Shown in pieces: positions 19,948 to 29,080 of a stretch of DNA of 64,000 bases. Position numbers and translations under genes: made by a program. Every line of letters starts with the position of its first letter. Position 1 is the first letter of the stretch. Source of the stretch: Planctomycetota bacterium (GTDB taxonomy: Bacteria > Planctomycetota > UBA1135 > UBA2386); NCBI GenBank assembly GCA_947501605.1, contig CANMWZ010000018.1:1-64000 (forward strand). The letters run 5' to 3'. The notes beneath the pieces were generated by a model that had not been told where the DNA came from, did no database searches, and worked only from the letters and a program-made list of their open reading frames with translations.

Positions 19948-20979
19948 ATGGAAGAGGAAGTAAAGAAGGAGACGCGCGCGATGTCGGCCGATCGGGCCAT
20001 CGCCACGCTGCTGCTGACGATCGACCAAGAGTTGTCGGCGAAGGTCCTCCGGCACTTCTCCGATGACGCCGTCGACCGCGTCACCCGGGCGATGCAGGAG
20101 CTGCAGGAGCTTGCGATCGATCGCGAGAGCGTGCGGTTGGTGTATGTCGCGGCGGTGCAGCGACTGCGCCAAGGCAACATCGCGCTCGGCGACGTCGGCG
20201 GGCTCATGCACAACGTCCTCATCAAGGCGTTCGGCGAGAACCGCGGTGCGGACGTCAACAAGCGGGCCAACAGCGACATCCTGGCAAAGAAGCCGTTCGC
20301 GATGTTCGAGGCGCTGACGCCCGAGGACCTCGCCAATCTTCTCACCGAAGAACACCCGCAGATTGCCGCGGTGTTCATGGCGCACCTTGATCGCAAGAAG
20401 GGTGGTGAAGTGCTGCGCTTCCTCGAAGAAGACATGCGCGCCGATCTCGTGAGTCGAGTGGCCAATCTCGACCGAACGCCCCCTGACGTAGTGCAGCGAG
20501 TGCTCGACGTGATGCGCAAGAAGGTCAAGGACCTTGGCCTCACCACGCTGCGTGCCGAGCCGAAAGCGTGGGTCAAGGCCGCAGCTCAAATACTGAACAA
20601 CGTCGGCGGTGGCGAGAAGGCGATCCTCGAGAAGATCGAGGCCTCTGACGCCGAGATGGCTGCTGCGATCCGCGAAGAGATGTTCACCTTCGAGGACATC
20701 CAGAAGCTCGACAAGAAGTCGATCCAGAAGATCCTCGCCAGCGTCGACTCGCGCAATCTCGCGGTGTCGCTGAAGGCAACGACCCCGGGCGTCGAGGCCA
20801 ACGTGCTCAACAACCTCAGCAAGCGCGCTGCGGACATGGTCCGTGAAGAGCGCGACTCACTGGGGCCAACTCCGCTCTCCGATGTGCTGGCGGCGCAGAA
20901 CGAGATCCTGAAGCTCATCCGCGACCTCGTCGACAAGGGCGATATCGCCGTCGGCGGCGCTGCCGAGCAACTGGTCTGA
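19948..20979 (+). CDS. fliG: Flagellar motor switch protein FliG
   Basis: EHPQIAA, GGG linker, MFTFED, NLSKRAADMVREE. Confidence 0.95.
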   Translation: MEEEVKKETRAMSADRAIATLLLTIDQELSAKVLRHFSDDAVDRVTRAMQELQELAIDRESVRLVYVAAVQRLRQGNIALGDVGGLMHNVLIKAFGENRGADVNKRANSDILAKKPFAMFEALTPEDLANLLTEEHPQIAAVFMAHLDRKKGGEVLRFLEEDMRADLVSRVANLDRTPPDVVQRVLDVMRKKVKDLGLTTLRAEPKAWVKAAAQILNNVGGGEKAILEKIEASDAEMAAAIREEMFTFEDIQKLDKKSIQKILASVDSRNLAVSLKATTPGVEANVLNNLSKRAADMVREERDSLGPTPLSDVLAAQNEILKLIRDLVDKGDIAVGGAAEQLV

Positions 20980-20986
20980 ATCCACC

Positions 20987-21592
20987 ATGACGACGACTCA
21001 CTCGGCCATTGCGCTCGACGCGCCGATGCGCAGCGTGCGCCTGCAGTCACGCGCCGCCACGACCGATGCCGCATCCCAAGCGAAGGTCGAGTGGCTGGTC
21101 CAACTCGGCGACCGACAAGCGCGTCGCGATGCGGAAACCAAGGCACTGCAGGTGACCGTTCAGGCAATTCAGCGAACTCTGCAGGCGATGAATGCGACCG
21201 TTGCGAGTCGTCTCGACGAGATTGCCGCCTTGGTCGTCGACCTCGGGTTGGCCGTTGCCCGCGAGATTGTCGGCAACGCTCTCGACCGCGGTCAGGTCGA
21301 TCCGACGCCGACCGTGATTCACTGTCTGCGCGACTGCGTGCACGGCACCAGCGGCGCCGATCTGTCGATCGCGCTCAATCCCGACGACCTTGCCTCGGTG
21401 CTGGCCAAACTTGCCGAACGAGTGGATCTGCAGCGGGAAGTCGCCGCCGCCGAGATCGTGGCCGACCCCGCCCTCGCTCGTGGTGCGGTGCGCGCGGAGA
21501 CCGGCACGGGTCGCTTGCGCTATGACCCACGCGAGACGTTTGAACGCATCGCCGCAGCCGTTCGTAGCAGTGCGCAGGGCGGCACGACGTGA
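20987..21592 (+). CDS. fliH: Flagellar assembly protein FliH
   Basis: LAVAREIV, LNPDD, ADPALARG; located between fliG and fliI. Confidence 0.8.
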   Translation: MTTTHSAIALDAPMRSVRLQSRAATTDAASQAKVEWLVQLGDRQARRDAETKALQVTVQAIQRTLQAMNATVASRLDEIAALVVDLGLAVAREIVGNALDRGQVDPTPTVIHCLRDCVHGTSGADLSIALNPDDLASVLAKLAERVDLQREVAAAEIVADPALARGAVRAETGTGRLRYDPRETFERIAAAVRSSAQGGTT

Positions 21593-22914
21593 TTGGTCGT
21601 CCACCGTTGCCGGCGCACCTAGAAGCCGCTCTCGCTGCAGGTCGCGCGCAGAACCGCATGATCGCTGAGGGTCGCGTGAAGGCGATCTCTGGCATCGCCA
21701 TTCGCGTCAGCGGACTGCGAGCTGCGATCGGCGATGTCTGCACCATTCACTCGCAGAACGGTCGCGAGACGCTGCCGGCGGAGGTCGTCGGCTTCGACGG
21801 GGGCGAGGCCGTCGTGCTCGCACTCGGCGACCAGCATGGCGTCGCGCCATGGGATCTCGTGCGCAACGACCATCGCTCGCTGCAAGTGCCCGTCGGACCG
21901 GCCTTGCTGGGTCGGGTCCTCGACGCGCTCGGTCGTCCCATCGATGGCGGTCCGCCGCTCGAAGCGCCGACCCGATCGATCACGGCGACGGCGCCGACTC
22001 CACTCGAACGCGCCCCGATCCACGAGCCTCTGGTCACCGGCGTGGCGGCGATCGACGGCTTTGCGACCTGCGGCAAGGGGCAGCGTATCGGCATCTTCGC
22101 GGGTTCCGGCGTCGGCAAGTCGACGCTCATGGGCACCATCGCCAAGAGCGGCTCGGCGGCGGTCAACGTCATTGCGATGATCGGTGAGCGCGGCCGCGAA
22201 GTCGGTGAGTTTCTCACCGAGTCGCTGGGGCGCGAGGGCATGGCCAAGTCGGTCGTCATCGCGTGCACCTCCGACCAGGCGCCGATGTTGCGGCTGAAGG
22301 CGCCAATGGTCGCAGTCACCATTGCAGAGGCGTTTCGCGAGCAGGGCCAAGACGTGCTGTTCTTGATGGACAGCGTCACGCGCTTCGCGATGGCCGCTCG
22401 CGAAGTCGGCCTCGCCGCCGGCGAGCCGCCGACGTTGCGCGGCTACCCGCCGTCCTTGTTCGCCAAGCTGCCGCAGCTGGTCGAACGTCTCGGCAACGAC
22501 GGGCGCGGTTCGATCACGGGCATGCTGACCGTGCTGGTCGACGGCGACGACATGAACGAACCGGTCGCCGATGCTCTGCGCGGCTACCTCGACGGTCACA
22601 TCGTGCTGTCGCGCAAGCTGGCGGAACGCGGGCGCTTTCCGGCAATCGACGTGCTGGCGTCGATCAGCCGTTTGATGCCGAAGGTCACGACCAAGGAGCA
22701 CCAGCAGCGGGTGCGCAAGGTGCGCGAGTGGATGGCGCACTACGAGGAGAACCGCGATCTCATCACCGTCGGTGCCTACAAGAAGGGCGGCGACCAGTTG
22801 CTGGACCAGGCGATTGCCCGTTTGCCGGCAATCGAGGAACTGCTGTTCCATGGCGCCACCCCGCGCCCGCTGGCGGAGACCCAGAAGCGACTGCAGCAGC
22901 TGGCCGGGAGCTGA
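21589..22914 (+). CDS. fliI: Flagellar export ATPase FliI
   Basis: GQRIGIFAGSGVGKS, IGERGREV, MDSVTRFAMAAREVGL, DGHIVLSR. Confidence 0.96.
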   Translation: MIGRPPLPAHLEAALAAGRAQNRMIAEGRVKAISGIAIRVSGLRAAIGDVCTIHSQNGRETLPAEVVGFDGGEAVVLALGDQHGVAPWDLVRNDHRSLQVPVGPALLGRVLDALGRPIDGGPPLEAPTRSITATAPTPLERAPIHEPLVTGVAAIDGFATCGKGQRIGIFAGSGVGKSTLMGTIAKSGSAAVNVIAMIGERGREVGEFLTESLGREGMAKSVVIACTSDQAPMLRLKAPMVAVTIAEAFREQGQDVLFLMDSVTRFAMAAREVGLAAGEPPTLRGYPPSLFAKLPQLVERLGNDGRGSITGMLTVLVDGDDMNEPVADALRGYLDGHIVLSRKLAERGRFPAIDVLASISRLMPKVTTKEHQQRVRKVREWMAHYEENRDLITVGAYKKGGDQLLDQAIARLPAIEELLFHGATPRPLAETQKRLQQLAGS

Positions 22915-22966
22915 GGCGAAGGGGCGACCGGTAGGCGCCCGTTCCACTTCGGTGGAGTTCGCCTCA

Positions 22967-22996
22967 TCAAGAGCCCATGCCATGGCCGATAGACGA
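22967..22996 (+). promoter_or_regulatory. Putative sigma28-like internal promoter before fliJ
   Basis: TCAAG-N13-GCCGATAG(ACGA). Confidence 0.4.
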
Positions 22997-23000
22997 GACC

Positions 23001-23444
23001 ATGGGTCGGTTCCAGTTCCGTTTGGCAGGTCTGCTCCGTCTGCGCACGCAGATGGAGAAGACTGCGCGGCGCACTCTCGCAGCGGCGATGGGCAACGTCG
23101 CCAACGTCGAGCAGCGCATGGCGACGGCCACGATTGGTCTGGCCGAGTGCGAGCAACTGGGATGCGGCACTGACGCGCATGCACCGCTGGCGCGCGCCCT
23201 GGCGCAGGGCCTCGCGCGGCATCGGTTGCGGCTCCAGAACGAGCTGCGCGCAGCGCATGCGCAACTCGAGCGCACCCGCGGGGACTGGATCGAACGACGG
23301 CGCGAGCAACGCACGCTCGATGTCCTGCGCGACAAGCAGCGCGAAGAATGGCAGATGGAACGGCAGCGCGCCGAACAGCACGAACTCGAAGAACTGGCAC
23401 GCGGCCGCAAGGTCCTCGCGCCCGCTGAGGAGACGCAAGAATGA
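23001..23444 (+). CDS. fliJ: Flagellar export protein FliJ
   Basis: FQFRLAGLLRLR start, coiled coil, EQHELEE end; follows fliI. Confidence 0.85.
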   Translation: MGRFQFRLAGLLRLRTQMEKTARRTLAAAMGNVANVEQRMATATIGLAECEQLGCGTDAHAPLARALAQGLARHRLRLQNELRAAHAQLERTRGDWIERRREQRTLDVLRDKQREEWQMERQRAEQHELEELARGRKVLAPAEETQE

Positions 23445-24538
23445 AGGGGCTCATCGTCAACGTCTTGGTAGGTGTCGGTCTGTTTGCCGGAGCTCTGGTG
23501 GGGGGGCTGATGGCCACGGGTCGCTGGAACAACGCGGGTGTCGCCAACATCCCCGTGCTCAACGGCATGTTCCCGGCACCACCTGAGGGCGAAGGCTCGA
23601 CTGCGGATGGTCACGCCGGCGCGCCGAAGGGCGAGGTTGGCAACAACGGCGGCAACGATGCCCACGGTGCGCCGAGCGACGCCAATGCGACGCCGCACGA
23701 CGGGGCACCCGTCGATGGTGCGCACGCGCAGGACCCGCAGAAGCCGCAAGAGCCACCGCTCGCGCCGCTGAAGCGTGGGCGTTCCATCGTGCAGAAGGAC
23801 GAGCCAAAGGGTGGTGGTCACGGCGAGGCGCCCGCGAGCGGGCACGGCGAGAAGCCAGCAGCGCACGGGGCCGAGAAGCCGAAGAACGAGCACGCTACCC
23901 CCGAGCATGGCTCGGCGACCGAGCCTGACGCGAGCCACGGCTCGCTGCCAGACAAGGACTTCGCGCACCTGTCGAACCAGCTGAAGCAAGAACCCGACAT
24001 CCGCTATTCGCCAGGGGCCTACTTCCGCTTTGACGGGATGCCTGCTGGGGTGACGCCCGACCAACTCAACGACGCCTGGAAGAGAGTTCAGGAGGCCGTC
24101 GGCGAACTGGAACGCCGCACCAAGGCGCTGGAGCTGCGCGAGCAGGAGTTGCGCGAGTTCTCCGACGACATCGCACGTCGCCAGACCGAGGTCGGTAAGG
24201 AGCGCGCCGAGATCGAAGCGATGCAACGTCGCCTCGACGAACGTGTCGAGCAGTTCCAGGACCAGGTCAAACTGATCAAGAACGACGAGATCGCCAGCTT
24301 GCAGAAGAACGCGAAGAGCTACGAGATCTTCGAACCCAGCAAGGCGGCCGAGCTCATCAAAGACCAGTGGAAGACCGACGCTGGCCAGATCGAGATGCTC
24401 AAGATGATGGAGTTCATGAGCAAGGAGACGGTGGACCAGATTCTGGCGGCAATGCCCAACGAGCTGGTGCTCGACGTGATGGCGAAGCGGCGAAAGATCA
24501 GCAGGGAGACGGTGCCACCGGCTGCTCCGCGCAAGTGA
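23441..24538 (+). CDS. MotE/YlxF/FlbB-like flagellar protein with His-Gly-rich linker
   Basis: N-terminal TM, long coiled coil, C-terminal AKSYE.FEPSKAA...QILAAM; position after fliJ. Confidence 0.65.
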   Translation: MKGLIVNVLVGVGLFAGALVGGLMATGRWNNAGVANIPVLNGMFPAPPEGEGSTADGHAGAPKGEVGNNGGNDAHGAPSDANATPHDGAPVDGAHAQDPQKPQEPPLAPLKRGRSIVQKDEPKGGGHGEAPASGHGEKPAAHGAEKPKNEHATPEHGSATEPDASHGSLPDKDFAHLSNQLKQEPDIRYSPGAYFRFDGMPAGVTPDQLNDAWKRVQEAVGELERRTKALELREQELREFSDDIARRQTEVGKERAEIEAMQRRLDERVEQFQDQVKLIKNDEIASLQKNAKSYEIFEPSKAAELIKDQWKTDAGQIEMLKMMEFMSKETVDQILAAMPNELVLDVMAKRRKISRETVPPAAPRK

Positions 24539-24567
24539 AGATCTTTTGAACACCGTGAGCGGATCGA

Positions 24568-24579
24568 GTCGATAGACGA
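24568..24579 (+). promoter_or_regulatory. Putative sigma28-like -10 element before fliL
   Basis: GTCGATAGACGA, 11/12 identical to the motif before fliJ. Confidence 0.35.
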
Positions 24580-24612
24580 ACCGAAGGATCGGCGGCGAGG
24601 GAGTGACGCAGA

Positions 24613-25134
24613 GTGGCTGACGACAAGAAGAAAGAAGCAGACGCCAAAGCCGAGGACGGCAAGAAGAAGAAGAAGGGCTTGCCGCCCGTCCTTTTGATCG
24701 CCGTCGGTGCTGCCTTGGGCGGTGTCGGCGTCGTGTTCGGAGTGCCGCCAAAGCAGGTGGAAGTCCACGTGCCCGAGGTGGTGCACACGTTCACGCCGAT
24801 CCAGCATCCAGACCTCCTCGAGTTCCAATTCAACCCGCGCGCGCAAGCCGGCAAGGCCTACGCGAGCGTGTCGTTCTACTTCGTCTACGTCGCCCGCGAC
24901 GACCGCGAAGAAGCGGCGTTCGAGGCGATCAAGACCAACTGGGATCGCATTCGTTCGCGCGTGCTGGAACTGCTCAGCAACACCAGCGTGAGCGATCTCA
25001 ACGCCGAGAACGGCAAACGCATGCTGGCGAAGGCCTTGGTCGACGACCTCGACGCGACCATCTTCCCCGGCAAGGCAGATGAGAAAGTGGCCAAGGTGAG
25101 CGAAGTGCTCTGGGCCAAGTGGATCCTTCAGTAG
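24613..25134 (+). CDS. fliL: Flagellar basal body-associated protein FliL
   Basis: Lys-rich N-terminus, TM, RIRSRVLELLS...GKRMLAKAL...VSEVLW...ILQ. Confidence 0.85.
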   Translation: MADDKKKEADAKAEDGKKKKKGLPPVLLIAVGAALGGVGVVFGVPPKQVEVHVPEVVHTFTPIQHPDLLEFQFNPRAQAGKAYASVSFYFVYVARDDREEAAFEAIKTNWDRIRSRVLELLSNTSVSDLNAENGKRMLAKALVDDLDATIFPGKADEKVAKVSEVLWAKWILQ

Positions 25135-25153
25135 CAACCAACCGGACAACTGC

Positions 25154-26134
25154 GTGAACGAGATCCTCAGCAACGAAGAGATCGACACCCTGCTCGACAT
25201 GTTTCGAGCCGGAGCGGGCGAGGACGAAGTCCCCGTTGCCGCGCCGAAGCTCGAAACGGTCGTCGACGACCGCATCAGCGAGGTCGATCTCCTGAAGCCC
25301 AACCGCCTCGCGCGCGAGCAGCTGCGCGGGATGGAGCGCTACTTCGAGAGCGCGGGCAAGCTGCTGTCGGCAACGATCTCGGACAAGCTCCGCATCGACA
25401 CGCGCTGCGATTGCGTTGCGGTCGAACAGCAGCGATTCGGCACGTGGCTCGAACAGCTCCCCGGACCGGTCGCGATCTACGTCTGCAAGATGGAACCGTT
25501 CCGGACGCCGGTCTTGCTCACCGCCAGCACCAGTCTGCTGTACGGCGCCGTCGACCGCATCCTCGGGGGTTCTGGTCGCGTGTCGAGGGTTCCGAAGGAC
25601 TTCACGCAGGCCGAGTACACCGTTGCCGACGCGCTGATGGGGCCTTGCCTCGATCGCATCGTCGAGAGTCTCGAAGACGTCATCCCCTTGAAGTGGCAGA
25701 TCGAGAATCGATTCTGCAACCCGTCGATGGCGCAGATCCTGCCGTCGCAGGATGTGGTGCTCTCGGTCTACTTCCAGGTTGCGGGCGAGTTCCTGATTGG
25801 CGACCTGCGACTGCTGGTGCCGTTCCAGTCGATCGAGCCCTACCTCGACAAGTTCGCCAAAGACAGCGTCACGCGCATGGAGCCAGGAACGATGCGCGAA
25901 CAGGTTGCACGAACGGTCAAGAGCGTGCCGCTCGACCTAGCCGTCGAACTCGGCAACGCGCGCATCACGTTGCGTCAACTGCTCGATCTTCAGCAAGGCG
26001 ACGTGATCCCGCTCGATACCCGCTTTGGCAGCCCCGCGGTCGTGCCAGTGATGGGGCGCCCCAAGTTCCTCGGTCAGATCGGCCGGATCGGCAACAGGTT
26101 GGGTGTGCAGGTTGCCGATGTCATCGGGGCGTAG
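25154..26134 (+). CDS. fliM: Flagellar motor switch protein FliM
   Basis: CheY-binding ILSNEEIDTLL, DRILGGSG, SpoA domain LQQGDVIPL. Confidence 0.92.
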   Translation: MNEILSNEEIDTLLDMFRAGAGEDEVPVAAPKLETVVDDRISEVDLLKPNRLAREQLRGMERYFESAGKLLSATISDKLRIDTRCDCVAVEQQRFGTWLEQLPGPVAIYVCKMEPFRTPVLLTASTSLLYGAVDRILGGSGRVSRVPKDFTQAEYTVADALMGPCLDRIVESLEDVIPLKWQIENRFCNPSMAQILPSQDVVLSVYFQVAGEFLIGDLRLLVPFQSIEPYLDKFAKDSVTRMEPGTMREQVARTVKSVPLDLAVELGNARITLRQLLDLQQGDVIPLDTRFGSPAVVPVMGRPKFLGQIGRIGNRLGVQVADVIGA

Positions 26135-26137
26135 AGC

Positions 26138-26533
26138 ATGAGCGACTCGTCGATGAATCCTGGTGACGCATGGGAAGCCGCGGGCGAACTCGCGCGCGCC
26201 TCGGCAGAAATGGCCGCGGCGGCCGTGCAGCCGGTTGCGTTCGGCCAGCTTGGCCCGAGCGTGCGCGGCAATGCCCGCAACCTCGATCTGCTGCTCGACG
26301 TCGAGATCCCGATCTCGGTCGAAGTCGGTCGTGCCCAGATGAGCCTCGAAGAGGTTCTCAAGCTCGTGCCTGGCAGCGTCGTCGCCCTCGACAAGAAGGC
26401 CGAAGAGCCGGTCGATCTGCGAGTGAATGGCAAGCTCGTAGCGCGCGGCGAAGTCGTGCTCGTCGACGACACCTACGGACTGCGCATCACGCAGATCGTG
26501 GACGCTTCCGGTCGCATCGAAAGCCTGCGCTGA
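26138..26533 (+). CDS. fliN: Flagellar motor switch protein FliN
   Basis: LDLLLDVEIPISVEVG, GSVVALDK, VNGKLVARGEVV, GLRITQI. Confidence 0.95.
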   Translation: MSDSSMNPGDAWEAAGELARASAEMAAAAVQPVAFGQLGPSVRGNARNLDLLLDVEIPISVEVGRAQMSLEEVLKLVPGSVVALDKKAEEPVDLRVNGKLVARGEVVLVDDTYGLRITQIVDASGRIESLR

Positions 26534-26894
26534 GGCTACGGGCCCGGTGCCGGTGACTGTCGTTGGGTCTGCCACCGAGCAGATCGTTCGAGCCTCGCGA
26601 ACTCTGCGCCCTCGAGGTGAGCTGGATCGACAGCAAAGAACGCTCTGCATTGCCGATGCGCGGACGTAGTCGCGGTGAAGACCGCAAGGCATCGGCTTGC
26701 GCCTCGGACCGTTCCGCTGCCTCGGGGGTCGCGCCGATCGTCGGTGCGATCGGGTCTGGCCGGCAAGCGTCGTCCCGGACTCCCGCGTCAGGCGTCGGAA
26801 CGAGCGGGCTCATTCCACCGGCCAGAAGCTCTCAGACCGCGGTTGGTTCCTGCGGCTCGCCATCACCGCTCCCAACCCAGCTATCTTCTGCACG

Positions 26895-27398
26895 ATGTCC
26901 CCGCTCGAGGCCCGTCTGCTCGTTACCTACCACCACTGGGCGCGCGATCGCGCGACCGAAGCCGTTGCTCGCCTCACAGCGGCGCAGTTCACCCAGCCTC
27001 TCGGCAATTCCTTTGCCTCCGTGCGCGACACGCTCGCGCATCTCTACGGTGCGGACGTCGTCTGGCTGCAGCGCTTCTGCGGCAGCAGCCCGAGCGGTCT
27101 CCCGCCTGCCGAACAGTTTCTAGACCTTGCCGCGCTGCAGGCCGCGTGGAGCGAAGTCGACGACCGCCTTCGTACCTTCGTCGCGAGCCTCGACGAACCA
27201 GCGCTTGCGACATCGATCACCTACCGCGCCTTCAACGGCCAGGACGCCACGCTGCCCTACTGGCAGATGCTCCAGCACCTCGTCAACCACGGCAGCTACC
27301 ACCGCGGCCAGGTCACGACCCTGCTGCGACAACTCGGCGCGCCAGCACCGCGCGGCATGGACCTCGTCGCGTTCTATCGCGAACGGCAAGTGCACTGA
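26895..27398 (+). CDS. DinB-family protein
   Basis: YHHWAR, SVRDTLAH, HLVNHGSYHRGQVTTLLRQLG, MDL. Confidence 0.9.
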   Translation: MSPLEARLLVTYHHWARDRATEAVARLTAAQFTQPLGNSFASVRDTLAHLYGADVVWLQRFCGSSPSGLPPAEQFLDLAALQAAWSEVDDRLRTFVASLDEPALATSITYRAFNGQDATLPYWQMLQHLVNHGSYHRGQVTTLLRQLGAPAPRGMDLVAFYRERQVH

Positions 27399-27624
27399 CC
27401 TGCGCCCCGGTGGAGCAGACTAGCGGGTGCCCTGGTCGCGCGCGGTGTCGTTCGATCGAGCTAGCCGCCTGTTGCAGCACGCATCCTGCCTGCTTGCGCG
27501 GTAGCTGGTCCGATCTCTGCGCCGCGCGAACGGCGTCGAATCTGCAGATCCGACACAGTTTGCGCCACTTGATCTGAAACCAGATCCTGAGCCATCGGCG
27601 ACGGAGCCGTTCGTCAGCAGGCTG

Positions 27625-27804
27625 CTAACGCAGCTTCGCGATCAGCAGCTTGTCGAGCTTGGCCCGGATCTTCACGGACTCCTCGCTGCGCGTGAGGGAG
27701 TTGCAGATGGCTTTGAGGCTCATGCCTTTGTTGGCCATCTGGTGGAGCTTCTGGATCTCGGTCGGCGTCCACGGCTGACGGTGGCGTTCGAAGCGTTCGG
27801 TCAT
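27625..27804 (-). CDS. Small HTH-like hypothetical protein (59 aa)
   Basis: MTERFERHRQPWTPTEIQKL...SLKAICNSLTRSEESVK; high-GC3 codon usage. Confidence 0.75.
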   Translation of the reverse strand: MTERFERHRQPWTPTEIQKLHQMANKGMSLKAICNSLTRSEESVKIRAKLDKLLIAKLR

Positions 27805-27842
27805 GGTGAGGTGGTCGGTCAGTGCGGAGAAGGCGGCCAAGC

Positions 27843-27875
27843 CTAGAAGTGGTTTGTCAAAGCGCCAGCGGCTGC
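27843..27875. repeat. Partial copy (left end) of the 165-bp palindromic element
   Basis: CTAGAAGTGGTTTGTCAAAGCGCCAGCGGCTGC matches the start of the element at 28844. Confidence 0.7.
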
Positions 27876-28038
27876 ACCGGTCCTCGGTCGTCGCCGGGGT
27901 CGCGGAAGCGAACGATCGGCCCCTGACCGGTCGCCCATGCGGCCGCGGCGCTGCGTGGCAGGCAACGCCGACGATGGTCAGGCTCGACGACTGGATCTGC
28001 TCGCCCTGGCGCCAAAGCCGCGGCATGCTGCGGGCATC

Positions 28039-28731
28039 TTGCGCACCACTTCGCTGCTGCTCGCGGTTGCCTTCTCGATCGCTGGTTGCCACACGGCAGA
28101 GGCGAACGTCGACGCCGCTCCCTACACGTTGGTCTATCTCAAGACCGGCCCGACCAAGGGCCTGAGCAAAGAGCGGCAGCAGGAGGTGTTTGCCGGGCAC
28201 TTCGCGAACATGGAACGGCTCGCGCAGCAAGGCCACTTGGTGCTCGCGGGTCCGTTCGGCACGCGCAAGACCGACGCGTCCCTGCGCGGCATCTTCGTGC
28301 TCGCGACCGGCGACGAGGCGAAAGCGCGCGCGCTGGCCGAGACCGATCCCGGCGTGGTGGCGGGCGTGTTCGTGTTGGAGTACCACGCGCTCGCGACCGC
28401 GGCAGCTCTGCCGAAGTGGGTCGCTGCGGAGATGGCGCGCGACGCGGCGTTGAAGGCGACGGGGAAGACGCCAAAGCCTGGCGAGTTTGGGCGCGGATTT
28501 GTGCTCTTGATTGGCGAGGATGGAGCGAGCGTTCGCCGCGAGTTGACCGGGCAGAAGGGCGTGTTGCTGCTGGCGAGCTATGACGAGAAGGGCGCCTTTG
28601 CGGTGCTCGATGCGGTCGATTGCGGTGCGGCAACGACGAAGTTCGGTGCAGTCTTGCCAAAGGTCGGCGCGCATCGGCTGGAAGACTGGTTTGCCAGTCG
28701 CGGGCTCGAGCAGTTGCCGCTCATGAAGTGA
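28039..28731 (+). CDS. YciI-family putative lipoprotein
   Basis: Lipobox-like SIAGC; GHFANMERL..GHLVLAGPFG..RGIFV..TDPGV; start uncertain. Confidence 0.75.
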   Translation: MRTTSLLLAVAFSIAGCHTAEANVDAAPYTLVYLKTGPTKGLSKERQQEVFAGHFANMERLAQQGHLVLAGPFGTRKTDASLRGIFVLATGDEAKARALAETDPGVVAGVFVLEYHALATAAALPKWVAAEMARDAALKATGKTPKPGEFGRGFVLLIGEDGASVRRELTGQKGVLLLASYDEKGAFAVLDAVDCGAATTKFGAVLPKVGAHRLEDWFASRGLEQLPLMK

Positions 28732-28843
28732 CCACGGCACCAAGCCGAGCCCGCAACGCGACTGCTCCCGTGTAGACACGCACGTGGAGCGGCCAAGCCT
28801 TGGCAAAGACGGCGCATCTTCACGGTTCCTGCGGAGTCGCAGG

Positions 28844-29008
28844 CTAGGAGTGGTTTCTCAAAGCGCCAGCGCCTGCGGCCGGCACGTCGGTCGATGGCTG
28901 TGTCGCGAACTCCCAGCGGAATCCACGGATCCCGCCATCAGTCCGCTCCTTGTCCTCAACTGTCGTGGCTCGGTCGCGCGCGCAGGCCATTTGGGCAACC
29001 ACTCCGTG
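28844..29008. repeat. ~165-bp palindromic element (MITE-like or structured leader), copy 1
   Basis: Terminal inverted repeats GGAGTGGTT..AACCACTCC with an internal long imperfect hairpin. Confidence 0.75.
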
Positions 29009-29080
29009 GAAGGCGCCTCGTCGCCCTGCCATGCGGTGGTGCTGCTTCCTCTTCTCCACACAGACTTCGCGATTCCTCCA

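Noticed and set aside
17137..24751. Long antisense ORFs (680, 649, 594 aa and similar across the window)
   Set aside because: Shadow frames of high-GC coding genes with no recognisable motifs
17188..26533. Flagellar T3SS as the exporter of the CTD proteins
   Set aside because: The CTD proteins carry Sec-type signal peptides, whereas type III substrates are exported from the cytoplasm without them; proximity alone is not evidence
26534..26894. Small ORF or ncRNA after fliN
   Set aside because: No recognisable protein motif (no fliO/fliP similarity seen) or RNA structure that I can support
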